From the NCBI GenBank assembly GCA_044348425.1, contig JBIKSV010000001.1, forward strand, positions 2,079-66,078: DNA of 64,000 nt, given 5' to 3'. The translations under genes and the position numbers were made by a program. The notes under the pieces are model-generated. The model worked only from the letters and a program-made list of their open reading frames with translations, was not told the DNA's origin and did not search any database. Positions 1-9,443 of this stretch are shown here, one piece after another (position 1 is the stretch's first letter; each line of letters starts with the position of its first letter). The DNA comes from Candidatus Planktophila sp. GTDB lineage: Bacteria; Actinomycetota; Actinomycetes; Nanopelagicales; Nanopelagicaceae.

Positions 1-1
1 T

Positions 2-490
2 TCCATCTTCATCCATCTCAACATGGACAACAGATGCTTCATATTGGCGGAATGTGCCGAGAGCTCCAACATATGAAGGTGCCTCAACAAGGACAACATC
101 GCCTGGATCAATAAAAATACGTGAAATCAAATCAAGTGCTTGCTGGGATCCGGTAGTTACGACGATATCGTCAGGATTAGCGCGGATACCTTCGAGCGCC
201 ATCACATCGCAGATCTGTTCGCGCAATTTAGGATGACCTTGTCCGCTTCCATATTGGAGCGCTTCAGAACCGTTGGAGAGAATAAGGTTGTTAACAACGC
301 CAGCCATCATCTCCATCGGTAGCGCTGAGAGATTAGGCATACCACCGGCAAGTGAGACGATTTCAGGGCGTGAAGCCACTGCAAAGAGGGCGCGAATTTC
401 AGAGGGCAACATTCCGGCGGCGCGAGCGGCAAATCTCTCTTCAAGATTTTGGGGCGCACCGGTCTGATAACGAAGATTTACCTCTGACAT
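2..490 (-). CDS. PLP-dependent aminotransferase (class I/II), runs off the left window edge
   Basis: Manual translation from ATG at 490: MSEVNLRYQTGAPQNLEERFAARAAGMLPSEIRALFAVASRPEIVSLAGGMPN. No stop within the window, so absent from the ORF track. Confidence 0.85.
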   Translation of the reverse strand, partial: MSEVNLRYQTGAPQNLEERFAARAAGMLPSEIRALFAVASRPEIVSLAGGMPNLSALPMEMMAGVVNNLILSNGSEALQYGSGQGHPKLREQICDVMALEGIRANPDDIVVTTGSQQALDLISRIFIDPGDVVLVEAPSYVGALGTFRQYEASVVHVEMDEDG

Positions 491-532
491 AAGGAGAATC
501 TTCCCACACCAAGAGCCATGCTTGAAGAGCTT

Positions 533-1531
533 TTAGCGAATACCAGCGCGACGGAGGTCGCTCACTCGCAAAGTTCCAGTCTTTGCATCATCTTCAGCGG
601 CTAGATAGAGACGTTGAATAGCAATAATGAAACTTTCGGCGATCGTGTCACGAAATTCTGGACGTTCCAAACGCTGTAAATCGCCAGGGTTGCTCAAATA
701 ACCGACTTCGACCCTAATCGCTGGTGCCTCAGTTAAACGCAGTAAATCCCAGGTCTTTGAATGAGTGCGACAGTTGAGTAAATCAGTGCGAGCAGCGATT
801 TCGCGCTGGACTAAGGATGCAAATCTTTCACCGACAACAGAGTGAATTCCGTGAGCATCACTTCCGTAGAAGAATGTGGCAACACCGCGTGCTTGCGCAC
901 TTGAATTGATTTCACCATGAATTGATATCAAGAGATCGGCGTTACTTTGATTTGCAAATGCTATTCGTTCACTCTCACTGGGATTATTAAGCGCACCTCG
1001 AGTAAGAAAGACTGTTGCACCGAGTGCCAATAAACGACCTTCAACACGCCGCGCGATATCGAGCATAATCTCAGCTTCTTCAACTCCTGATCCAGGATCA
1101 AGAACAATAACTTTATTTGCTAGCGCAGGTCCACGGTTTTTCTGAGTTGCACTCTCTCGCAGAACTGCAGGAGTTCCACCCGATATAGTTTTTGTAAGAC
1201 GCAAGAGAGCAATAATTGTGGCAGGACCACATCTGCCATCAACTTTTGCACCAACAGATTTTTGGAATTCTTTAACCGCAGATTCTGTCATTGGTCCAAA
1301 AATTCCATCTACTCGCCCGCAGTTAAATCCCATCTCAGTAAGGCGAGACTGTAGTGTTGCGATGTCATCGCCATGCATCATCGGCGAAGGTTGCAGATTG
1401 AGTGAGCGATCTCCTAGTTTCCAGCGCGACTCTTCAAGTGCACGCAATGTCGCACTATCGAGTTCACCTGTAATGTGCAGACCACGTTCTTGTTGAAAAG
1501 AACGGATCTCATCGGGAGATAACTCCTTCAT
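533..1531 (-). CDS. cwlM: N-acetylmuramoyl-L-alanine amidase-like protein CwlM (peptidoglycan-binding domains plus Amidase_3)
   Basis: PG-binding repeats (FQQERGLHITG, DGIFGPMTESAVKEFQ), amidase-like C-terminal half, TGT tail; adjacent to trxA/trxB as in other Actinobacteria. Confidence 0.85.
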   Translation of the reverse strand: MKELSPDEIRSFQQERGLHITGELDSATLRALEESRWKLGDRSLNLQPSPMMHGDDIATLQSRLTEMGFNCGRVDGIFGPMTESAVKEFQKSVGAKVDGRCGPATIIALLRLTKTISGGTPAVLRESATQKNRGPALANKVIVLDPGSGVEEAEIMLDIARRVEGRLLALGATVFLTRGALNNPSESERIAFANQSNADLLISIHGEINSSAQARGVATFFYGSDAHGIHSVVGERFASLVQREIAARTDLLNCRTHSKTWDLLRLTEAPAIRVEVGYLSNPGDLQRLERPEFRDTIAESFIIAIQRLYLAAEDDAKTGTLRVSDLRRAGIR

Positions 1532-1537
1532 AAGAAA

Positions 1538-1861
1538 TTAAATGAAACCTTCTAGTTCCTTTAATAACGCTGGCTTTGGCTTCGCGCCTATAATTGTCTT
1601 AACAACCTCGCCATTAACATAAACATTAAGCATTGGAATTGATGTAACTCCGTACTTAATTGCGATAGCTGACTCTTCATCTGTATTGAGCTTTGCGATA
1701 GTGAGTTTATCCCCATGCTCTGCAGCAATATCATCAAGAATTGGAGCAATTGCACGGCATGGACCACACCATTCTGCCCAGAAATCAACGAGAACAGGCT
1801 TGCTGCTCTTTAATACGACCTGATCGAAATCTGCCGCTGTTACTTTAATTGGTGCGCCCAT
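1538..1861 (-). CDS. trxA: thioredoxin
   Basis: WCGPC active site, 107 aa. Confidence 0.97.
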   Translation of the reverse strand: MGAPIKVTAADFDQVVLKSSKPVLVDFWAEWCGPCRAIAPILDDIAAEHGDKLTIAKLNTDEESAIAIKYGVTSIPMLNVYVNGEVVKTIIGAKPKPALLKELEGFI

Positions 1862-1918
1862 CTTCTTCTCCTCTTTTAGTTTTATACTTTAAATGATTTA
1901 TTCAGATACTACTTAAAC

Positions 1919-2854
1919 TTAGTGGCTCAAAAACTTTTCAGCATCGATTGCTGCTTGGCAACCTGATCCAGCAGCAGTAATTGCTTGTTGATAGGTATGG
2001 TCGACGAGATCTCCACAGGCAAAGACTCCTGAAACATTTGTCTTTGTGCTTCGTCCTTCAACGGTGACATAACCCTCGTTATCAAGATTGACTTGACCAA
2101 CAACAAGTTCAGAGCGGGGAATATGCCCAATAGCAACAAAGAGTCCAGTAAATGCAGATTGAGTTTCTTCGCCAGTTACTGTGTTGCGAAGTTTTAGCCC
2201 CTCTACTTTATTTTCACCCAAGACGTCGATGACTTCGGTATTCCAGAGCATCTCTAGCTTAGGATTATTAAAGGCACGTTCTTGCATAATCTTTGAAGCA
2301 CGCAATGAATCGCGGCGATGAATCAGAACAACCTTCGATGCAAATTTTGTAAGGAAGGTAGCTTCTTCAACAGCAGAGTCTCCACCACCAACAACTGCAA
2401 TAACCTGATCGCGGAAGAAGAAACCATCGCAGGTAGCGCACCAAGATACGCCGCGTCCCGAGAGTCGCTTCTCATTTTCAAGCCCGATCTCGCGATAGGC
2501 AGAACCCATAGCAAGAATTACCGATTTTGCTTTAACAACATTTCCAGAACCATCGGTGATTACTTTGATTTCACCCTCAAGTTCCATCTTTACAACATCA
2601 TCGGTAACAAGTTCGGCGCCAAAGCGCTTTGACTGGTTACGCATGCTCTCCATGAGATCTGGACCCATTACGCCATCAACAAAACCAGGAAAGTTTTCGA
2701 CCTCAGTAGTGTTCATAAGAGCGCCACCAGCTGTGACAGAACCTTCGTAGATCAGTGGCTTAAGGTCGGCGCGTGCAGCGTAAATGGCGGCGGTATAGCC
2801 AGCGGGCCCGGAGCCGACAATCACTACTTCGCGTACAGGGTTTTCTGAGCTCAT
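1919..2854 (-). CDS. trxB: thioredoxin-disulfide reductase
   Basis: GSGPAG FAD motif, CATCDG, GGGDSA NADPH motif. Confidence 0.97.
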   Translation of the reverse strand: MSSENPVREVVIVGSGPAGYTAAIYAARADLKPLIYEGSVTAGGALMNTTEVENFPGFVDGVMGPDLMESMRNQSKRFGAELVTDDVVKMELEGEIKVITDGSGNVVKAKSVILAMGSAYREIGLENEKRLSGRGVSWCATCDGFFFRDQVIAVVGGGDSAVEEATFLTKFASKVVLIHRRDSLRASKIMQERAFNNPKLEMLWNTEVIDVLGENKVEGLKLRNTVTGEETQSAFTGLFVAIGHIPRSELVVGQVNLDNEGYVTVEGRSTKTNVSGVFACGDLVDHTYQQAITAAGSGCQAAIDAEKFLSH

Positions 2855-2874
2855 AACCCCACCTTATCGCGCCT

Positions 2875-4506
2875 TTACTTCTTGCGACGCCTAAGGGTTC
2901 TGGTGGCGAAATCACGAAGGCCAGCGATTTCACCAATCTTTAATAGATGTGAGGCGATAAGGAAGCCGACTCCGCTTACTGAGATTATGAGGAGAAGACG
3001 CAGACTTCGTATCAGGAGCTCGGCGCCATCGCTATCCCATTGCAGATAACGGACGAGAAGATAGATAGGCAACATCGCCGCAAGGGAGGCAAAGATCAAA
3101 AGGAAATGTTGTTTGCCAAAATCACGAATCCGAAGCAAGCCAACATGTCTTCTAATTAAACGTAAGGTTACAAAAAGTCCCACGATATAACTGATTGAGA
3201 AAGCTAATCCAAGTCCGATTGTGACAACACCGCTATCGAGGTGCGCTAAGAAAATATAACTAAGGACGACAGATATAACGTTAATGATAAAGATAGAGAC
3301 GACTTGAGTTTTTGTATCTTCAAATGCATTGAAGCCGCGGATAAGAATCAAATTAATGCTAAATGGGATAAGACCAAAACCCATCGCAGCTAAGACATAA
3401 CCAATATACCGAGAGTCCTCTAGCGAAATTCCCATATAGAGAACTTCAGTGATTGAAGGACCGAAGAGAATGAGAGCGATTGCGCTGGGCACAGTCACAA
3501 CACCAACCATCTTAATTGCGCGAATTAATTGCTCTCTGACTTCTTCAGATTTCTTCTCAATAGCTAAACGCGATAGATGCGGTAACAAAGCGGTGATAAT
3601 TGAAATAGTAACAATTGAATAAGGAAGCAACATTACGTAATAAGCACTTGTGTATGGCGTGAAACCAACACCAGCATCTATACCTGCTTGTGCGTTACGG
3701 ACCGCCGCAGCTGTTGCGACATTGACGGTGACGAGATATCCAAGTTGAGAAATCAAAACATAAATCAAAGTCCAGCCCGCTAATCCGAAAGATTTACCGA
3801 GACCTTTGACCCCAAAAGATAAACGCAACTTGATTCCAGATCTTCGTACAATCGGAATAAGAATCAAGGCCTGCAAAATTACTCCAGCTGTGGTTCCCCA
3901 ACCAAGTAGTTGAACCTGAAAGTTCGTGATATTTCCTACTGCTAAATCATTCTGCAGTGCTAAGAAGCCACCAAAGACCGCGATAACAATGAGATTGTTA
4001 GCTATTGGCGCCCACATCAGGGGTGCAAATGACCCACGGGAATTAGCTACCTGACCCAACATTGTAAAAAGACCAAGGAAGAAGATTTGCGGCAAGCAGT
4101 ACCGCGTAAAGGCGATCGCAATCTCAAGTTCGCGCTCAAATCCGGTCTCTGAAAATTCAGGTGCATAGAGACGTACCAAAGCTGGTGCAAAGATCACGCC
4201 AATGAGAACAAGGAGAAGGAGAATTCCAGAAATTGTAGTGACAAGGCGAGATGCGAAACCTTCGCCGCCATCGGCATCCGAAAACGAACGCACTAGTTGG
4301 GGAACAAATATTGCAGTGAGCGCACCGCCAACAAGTAAGTTGTAGAGAATGTTTGGCATTGTGTTTGCGACGTTGTAGGTATCAGCCAAGAGAGCAGTAC
4401 CAAGAACAGCGACGGCTAAGACGGCGCGGAAGAAACCAGTAATTCTGGAAAGGATTGTTCCAAGAGCCATAACACCTGAGGCTCTAAAAAGCTCATTGTT
4501 TTTCAT
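2875..4506 (-). CDS. murJ: lipid II flippase MurJ (MviN), without the C-terminal pseudokinase extension
   Basis: SRITGFFR, ANTMPNILYNLLVGG and multi-TM MOP profile; conserved position. Confidence 0.92.
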   Translation of the reverse strand: MKNNELFRASGVMALGTILSRITGFFRAVLAVAVLGTALLADTYNVANTMPNILYNLLVGGALTAIFVPQLVRSFSDADGGEGFASRLVTTISGILLLLVLIGVIFAPALVRLYAPEFSETGFERELEIAIAFTRYCLPQIFFLGLFTMLGQVANSRGSFAPLMWAPIANNLIVIAVFGGFLALQNDLAVGNITNFQVQLLGWGTTAGVILQALILIPIVRRSGIKLRLSFGVKGLGKSFGLAGWTLIYVLISQLGYLVTVNVATAAAVRNAQAGIDAGVGFTPYTSAYYVMLLPYSIVTISIITALLPHLSRLAIEKKSEEVREQLIRAIKMVGVVTVPSAIALILFGPSITEVLYMGISLEDSRYIGYVLAAMGFGLIPFSINLILIRGFNAFEDTKTQVVSIFIINVISVVLSYIFLAHLDSGVVTIGLGLAFSISYIVGLFVTLRLIRRHVGLLRIRDFGKQHFLLIFASLAAMLPIYLLVRYLQWDSDGAELLIRSLRLLLIISVSGVGFLIASHLLKIGEIAGLRDFATRTLRRRKK

Positions 4507-5596
4507 TGCGCCCCTTTCGAATTCTCCGTACTGACTGTGCTATAGCTCCAAGGAATAAGAAGATTGCGGCTCCGGTGGTAAACCAGGCTACCCGCGAATC
4601 AATTACAGTTAAAGATAAATTAAGGCGGGATGCCTCTCCGACCCGATCACCCTTATTAGTTATAAATTGTGCATAGACCAAGGTAGAGCCAGAGGCAATT
4701 ACAGTAAATGGCACCGAGATTTGAATCCGAGACTTTGGCGGAATTGTTATCTCATTGACATTTTCAACCTGTACACGAGAGTTCATTGGAATCAGTGAGA
4801 GATTTACGATGGTTGCAGTTTCGAAATCATTTACGAGAGTGAGAGGGACCTCAACTTTGGTTGAGGTTAATTGAAAACGTCCCGGCACAACTCGTAGTTT
4901 CTTCACAAACTCTGTAGTTGCATCGCGCCCTTGAAATGAGAAATAAGCACGATCGCGAGAATCAAGTAATGGGTTGAGAATGCGACCTAGCTTTAATTGC
5001 AAACTCTTTACCTCTTCGACTTCAATCACTTTATTCAATCCAGCCAATAATGCTCGCTGGCGCTTGTATAGTGTTTGAAAATCACTATTTAATCGTGATT
5101 TTCCACTACCCCAACCATTCTGTGAAATAACTGGGCGACCAAAGAACGCCTCTAGTCGAGATTGAGCTGCACTGTTGTATAAAGCCAAATCCTGCTTACT
5201 TAATTTACGAGCAAGAGCAGAATCTGGATTGCCATAAGGTAGAGCAACAATTGGATTGCCAGCCGTTGCAATACGCAGCTGATCTAACCAGGCAAGTGCT
5301 ACCTGCTGACCAATTACATCAGGAGCTTCTTTATAAAGGTAGCCATCTGACATATCAATTACTTCATCAATTAGGGCTGCGTCAATAACCCAGGTAGCGC
5401 TGCGGTTCTGTGCAAAAACTTTCTTACCTAATTTTCCGCCAGGAGATAATTCGCCGACTAAATCATTGTCGCGGAAAGTTCCGTCATAATTAGTATGAGG
5501 AATATCAACGATACGAATTACTGGTGTAGCTGCAGTTGCGGGCGGCACAGAAAGAAATGAAAAAAGTACGATTACTATCGCAACTATCTTCTTCAT
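4493..5596 (-). CDS. secreted, membrane-anchored conserved protein (DUF6049-like)
   Basis: Signal peptide, ALPYGNPD motif, C-terminal TM with basic tail; lies between the NUDIX gene and murJ as in other Actinobacteria. Confidence 0.65.
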   Translation of the reverse strand: MKKIVAIVIVLFSFLSVPPATAATPVIRIVDIPHTNYDGTFRDNDLVGELSPGGKLGKKVFAQNRSATWVIDAALIDEVIDMSDGYLYKEAPDVIGQQVALAWLDQLRIATAGNPIVALPYGNPDSALARKLSKQDLALYNSAAQSRLEAFFGRPVISQNGWGSGKSRLNSDFQTLYKRQRALLAGLNKVIEVEEVKSLQLKLGRILNPLLDSRDRAYFSFQGRDATTEFVKKLRVVPGRFQLTSTKVEVPLTLVNDFETATIVNLSLIPMNSRVQVENVNEITIPPKSRIQISVPFTVIASGSTLVYAQFITNKGDRVGEASRLNLSLTVIDSRVAWFTTGAAIFLFLGAIAQSVRRIRKGRNEKQ

Positions 5597-6201
5597 AGTT
5601 GTTGCAGCTCAACTGTGGCATTGGTGCGCGAAATCAACTTCTTCTCGTCAGGGTAAGCCAACTTTTCAATAATTTGATCAAGTGGGAACCAAGCGACTTC
5701 ATCTACTTCACTCTCTTGTGCGGCGAGCAACCCGCCACTTTCTCTGAAGAGATAGTGATGAACGGTTTTATGAATTCGCTTTCCACCAGCCATAAACCAG
5801 AAATCAATAACACCGAGAGATTTCTCAATCACTGAATGAATTCCAGTTTCTTCTGCAACTTCTCGCAACGCCGCTTCTTCGGGAGTCTCGCCTTCTTCAA
5901 TATGTCCTTTAGGTAGCGACCAAAGAATTCTCTTTCCAGATGCATCTTTAAGATCTCGCCGACCAATGAGCAGGCCGAGTTTTCCGGTGGTATCTACGAC
6001 GAGACCGCCAGCCGATACTTCATCGACTCGTTTTGCATAGGGAGGTTTGGGATGTGCCGGTTTGCTGGCAGCACTCTTCGCCGATGTACTGCGTGCGCCC
6101 TCGAGCGTTGAGGGAGAATTCTGTGGGGCGCGATTCGTAGGGCGCTTACGCCTACGCTTTTTCTTCGGAACTTCGCTGCCCGCACCAGGTGCCGGGGTCA
6201 T
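5593..6201 (-). CDS. NUDIX hydrolase with basic N-terminal extension
   Basis: Nudix box GHIEEGETPEEAALREVAEETG. Confidence 0.92.
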   Translation of the reverse strand: MTPAPGAGSEVPKKKRRRKRPTNRAPQNSPSTLEGARSTSAKSAASKPAHPKPPYAKRVDEVSAGGLVVDTTGKLGLLIGRRDLKDASGKRILWSLPKGHIEEGETPEEAALREVAEETGIHSVIEKSLGVIDFWFMAGGKRIHKTVHHYLFRESGGLLAAQESEVDEVAWFPLDQIIEKLAYPDEKKLISRTNATVELQQL

Positions 6202-6233
6202 GGAGTAAGAGTACGCGACTAGGCTTATCTATT

Positions 6234-7691
6234 GTGAGTAACGAGAAGATCATTTTGGGGCGCGAGCTTGCGCTGCAATCGCTGGTTGAGCGGGCGCCGC
6301 TCGCCAGCTCTCTCGCGAGCGCATTTAAGGCGAAAGGTTTCCGCCTCGCACTCGTAGGTGGACCAGTCCGCGATGCAATTTTAGGTCGACTCGGAAATGA
6401 TCTTGATTTCACAACAGATGCCCATCCGCTTGAAACAAAAAAAATTCTAAAGGCGTGGGCAGAACATGTTTGGGATACCGGAATCGCTTTTGGAACTGTT
6501 GCAGGAAAGCGTGGAGAGACCACGGTTGAAGTAACTACATATCGCAGCGAAAAATATGAAGAGGATTCACGAAACCCTGATGTTGAATATGGAGATTCAA
6601 TTGATGGAGATTTGTCACGTCGCGATTTCACTATAAATGCGATGGCTCTTGAGTTAACAACGGATAGTCCTGAATTCATAGATCCATTTAACGGAATCGA
6701 TGATTTAGCAAAGAAAATAATTCGAACACCAGCAAGCGCCAAACAATCATTTAGCGATGATCCACTTCGAATGATGCGCGCTGCCAGATTTGCGGCACAA
6801 CTTGATTTTACGTTAGATGATGATGTTGTAGACGCGATGAAAAATATGGCTGGACGTATCTCGATTATCTCTTCAGAACGTATCCGAGATGAGTTTATTA
6901 AATTGATGCTTTCACCAACTCCGCGCATCGGAATCACCATCCTGGTAGATACGGGTATCGCATCAATAGTTTTGCCAGAGATTCCGCAATTGCAATTAGA
7001 GGTAGATGAGCATCACCACCATAAGGATGTATACGAACATTCGATTACTGTTCTTGAGCAGGCAATTGCGCAGGAAGAGCGTCTTGGCGGAGTAAACCTT
7101 GTTCTGCGCTTGGCTGCGTTGTTGCATGACATCGGAAAGCCAAAGACACGCAATCTGATCCCAGGGGGCGGAGTTTCTTTCCATCACCACGAAGTAGTTG
7201 GGGCTCGTCTTGCCAAGAAACGTCTAAAAGAGCTGCGCTTTGATAACGAGACAATCGAGGCGGTTGAGACTTTGGTAGCGCTACATCTTCGTTTCCACGG
7301 TTATGGCGAAGGAGAGTGGACCGATTCAGCGGTCCGCCGCTATGTGCGTGATGCCGGAGAACTCTTGGTTCACCTACATCTTCTTACTCGCGCTGATTGC
7401 ACGACGAGAAATGCTAAGAAAGCTGAGCGTTTATCCCGTATTTATGACAGCCTGGAAGCCCGCATTGCCACCCTTATGGAGCAAGAGGAGCTTTCAAAGA
7501 TCCGCCCAGATCTAGATGGCGCTGAAGTTATGGCGTTGCTAGAAATTAAACCAAGTGCCGAAGTTGGTAAAGCTTTAGATTTTCTGATGGAGCTACGTAT
7601 GGAGCATGGACCGTTAGGTAAAGAGCGAGCCGAGCAAGAGTTGATGCAGTGGTGGGTCAATCGCGATCGCACGCGTCGCTCTAATTCTTGA
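6234..7691 (+). CDS. cca: CCA tRNA nucleotidyltransferase with HD domain
   Basis: LVGGPVRD, DLDFTT, RRDFTINA, DDPLRMMRAARF, LLHDIGK. Start moved to GTG 6234, 8 nt after a TAGGCT -10. Confidence 0.92.
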   Translation: MSNEKIILGRELALQSLVERAPLASSLASAFKAKGFRLALVGGPVRDAILGRLGNDLDFTTDAHPLETKKILKAWAEHVWDTGIAFGTVAGKRGETTVEVTTYRSEKYEEDSRNPDVEYGDSIDGDLSRRDFTINAMALELTTDSPEFIDPFNGIDDLAKKIIRTPASAKQSFSDDPLRMMRAARFAAQLDFTLDDDVVDAMKNMAGRISIISSERIRDEFIKLMLSPTPRIGITILVDTGIASIVLPEIPQLQLEVDEHHHHKDVYEHSITVLEQAIAQEERLGGVNLVLRLAALLHDIGKPKTRNLIPGGGVSFHHHEVVGARLAKKRLKELRFDNETIEAVETLVALHLRFHGYGEGEWTDSAVRRYVRDAGELLVHLHLLTRADCTTRNAKKAERLSRIYDSLEARIATLMEQEELSKIRPDLDGAEVMALLEIKPSAEVGKALDFLMELRMEHGPLGKERAEQELMQWWVNRDRTRRSNS

Positions 7692-8967
7692 GAAAGAATT
7701 TACTTGGTCGCAGAGTTATGGTCGCTACCAAGTAATAACCAAGGGCAATTATAAGGGGAACAATCCAAGAGTCTCCGCTCTGTGGCAGTATCAACGCTGC
7801 AACAAGTGAACAACTCACAATTGATCCATTAACAACTACGTCATAGACCGCAAAGACACGACCACGGTATTCATCACTAATCTTTACTTGAACCAACGCA
7901 TCATTTGTAACTTTTAAGCTCTGTCCAAAAAGCCCGGTAATGAATGCGGTAATAATCAGATGAATCTGCGTTCTGTCGATAACTAAGACGAGTGAACCAA
8001 GGGATGCGATAAAGAGCGAGAGTCGCATCCAGCGATGTCGCCCAAAGTGCCTAACACCGATGGGCGCAACAATCGCACCGATTGTAAATCCGACTGCTGC
8101 GAAAGAGAGCGCGACACTTAATCCAGCAAGACCGGCAGCGGTGTCAGTTGGATCATTGAAGGTATTTCTTTCTAATAAGAGCGCCGTCAAAGTAAGTGCA
8201 GTGATGCCTCCACGATGTATTGCGGTTGCAAAGATGCCACGGGCGGCATCAGCATGATCTTGTAAGAAGCGAAAACCCTCACGCATCTCAACAAAACCTT
8301 GCTTAAATGAACCTTCCACCACTTCATGCGGCAGCGGACCAACTTCAGATTTCTTTAACATCGCGGCAAAGATTGCCGCCATGAGATATCCGAGAGCCGC
8401 CGTTAAAATCAAAATAGAATCAGCATGATCGGCTGTTGCAGCACCATCAGTTAAACGTCTGATTAAAAGTCCAATACCACCGCCAATTACAACCGCAACT
8501 GAACCTGCAGTTACCGCTAAAGCATTTGATTCGATGAGCTTTGTTGGTTGCGCAAAGAGTGGCAGACCAGCCGATAAACCAGCGAGAATTAAGCGATTCA
8601 CGCCGAATGCAATAAGTACCAAAACGGTTAACTCGAGACCTGTTCGTCCTTGAAAAATTAGTAGTGCAATAAATAAAAGAGTCGTTGCTCGAGCAAGATT
8701 TGCAAAAAGTATTGCGCGCTGGCGAGAGAAGCGATCAAGAATCGTTCCCACCATAGGTCCGATGAGTGAATACGGAAGTAGCACTACAGCGAAAGCTAGA
8801 GCTGCATTAAGGGCCGAAGCCTGGCGCTCGGGCGAGAAGAGAATAAAAGAGGCTAGCGCTGATTGAAAGATGCCATCAGTAAATTGCCCCATCCAACGCA
8901 ACCGCAAAAGTCGGCGAAGCTTGGAATCAGTCAGTAATTGCCAGAAAGCTGAGCCCTGTATCTGCAC
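7681..8967 (-). CDS. MFS transporter
   Basis: About 12 TM segments, GTILDRFSRQR motif A, YRGRVFA. Confidence 0.85.
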   Translation of the reverse strand: MQIQGSAFWQLLTDSKLRRLLRLRWMGQFTDGIFQSALASFILFSPERQASALNAALAFAVVLLPYSLIGPMVGTILDRFSRQRAILFANLARATTLLFIALLIFQGRTGLELTVLVLIAFGVNRLILAGLSAGLPLFAQPTKLIESNALAVTAGSVAVVIGGGIGLLIRRLTDGAATADHADSILILTAALGYLMAAIFAAMLKKSEVGPLPHEVVEGSFKQGFVEMREGFRFLQDHADAARGIFATAIHRGGITALTLTALLLERNTFNDPTDTAAGLAGLSVALSFAAVGFTIGAIVAPIGVRHFGRHRWMRLSLFIASLGSLVLVIDRTQIHLIITAFITGLFGQSLKVTNDALVQVKISDEYRGRVFAVYDVVVNGSIVSCSLVAALILPQSGDSWIVPLIIALGYYLVATITLRPSKFFLKN

Positions 8968-9008
8968 ACGAGAAGCGTAGTTATAGAAAGAGGAATATTC
9001 TTCTCTTT

Positions 9009-9443
9009 ATGGCATCAGGAGCGAGAACGGCGCGAGGATTCATCGATTATTCACTCGATAAACGCGCCACCCTTCTTAATCTCTTCAAAGGCGTAGTCGA
9101 TGCCTGCGATGCCGACCCCTATCTTTTAAGAGCAGCTAAATATCATGGCGAGAAAGCAGGTCGCAATTGTCCTGTCTGTAAGAAAGATCGTCTGGTAGAG
9201 ATTCGATACATCTTCGGCGACCAACTTGGTCAATTCTCCGGAAGGATTAAGACCGCAGAAGAGTTGATTGAATTAGAGAATGAGTTTGGCGAGTTTGCTG
9301 TGTATATCGTTGAAGTTTGTAGAGATTGTTCATGGAATCACCTCTGCACCTCTTACTTATTGGGTGATGGAAGAGTCCGGAAGCCGCCTCGGCGCCAGCG
9401 AACACTCGAAGATGAGGATTTCAGCGGTAACCTTGGCTCGTGA
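9009..9443 (+). CDS. DUF5318-family protein
   Basis: DACDADPYLLRAAKYHG, CPVC and VEVCRDCSWNHL; conserved upstream of ponA. Confidence 0.8.
   Translation: MASGARTARGFIDYSLDKRATLLNLFKGVVDACDADPYLLRAAKYHGEKAGRNCPVCKKDRLVEIRYIFGDQLGQFSGRIKTAEELIELENEFGEFAVYIVEVCRDCSWNHLCTSYLLGDGRVRKPPRRQRTLEDEDFSGNLGS

Noticed and set aside
6152-6940. 262-aa antisense ORF to cca, and the many other 60-200 aa shadow ORFs
   Set aside because: They overlap well-conserved genes on the opposite strand or in another frame and carry no recognisable motifs.
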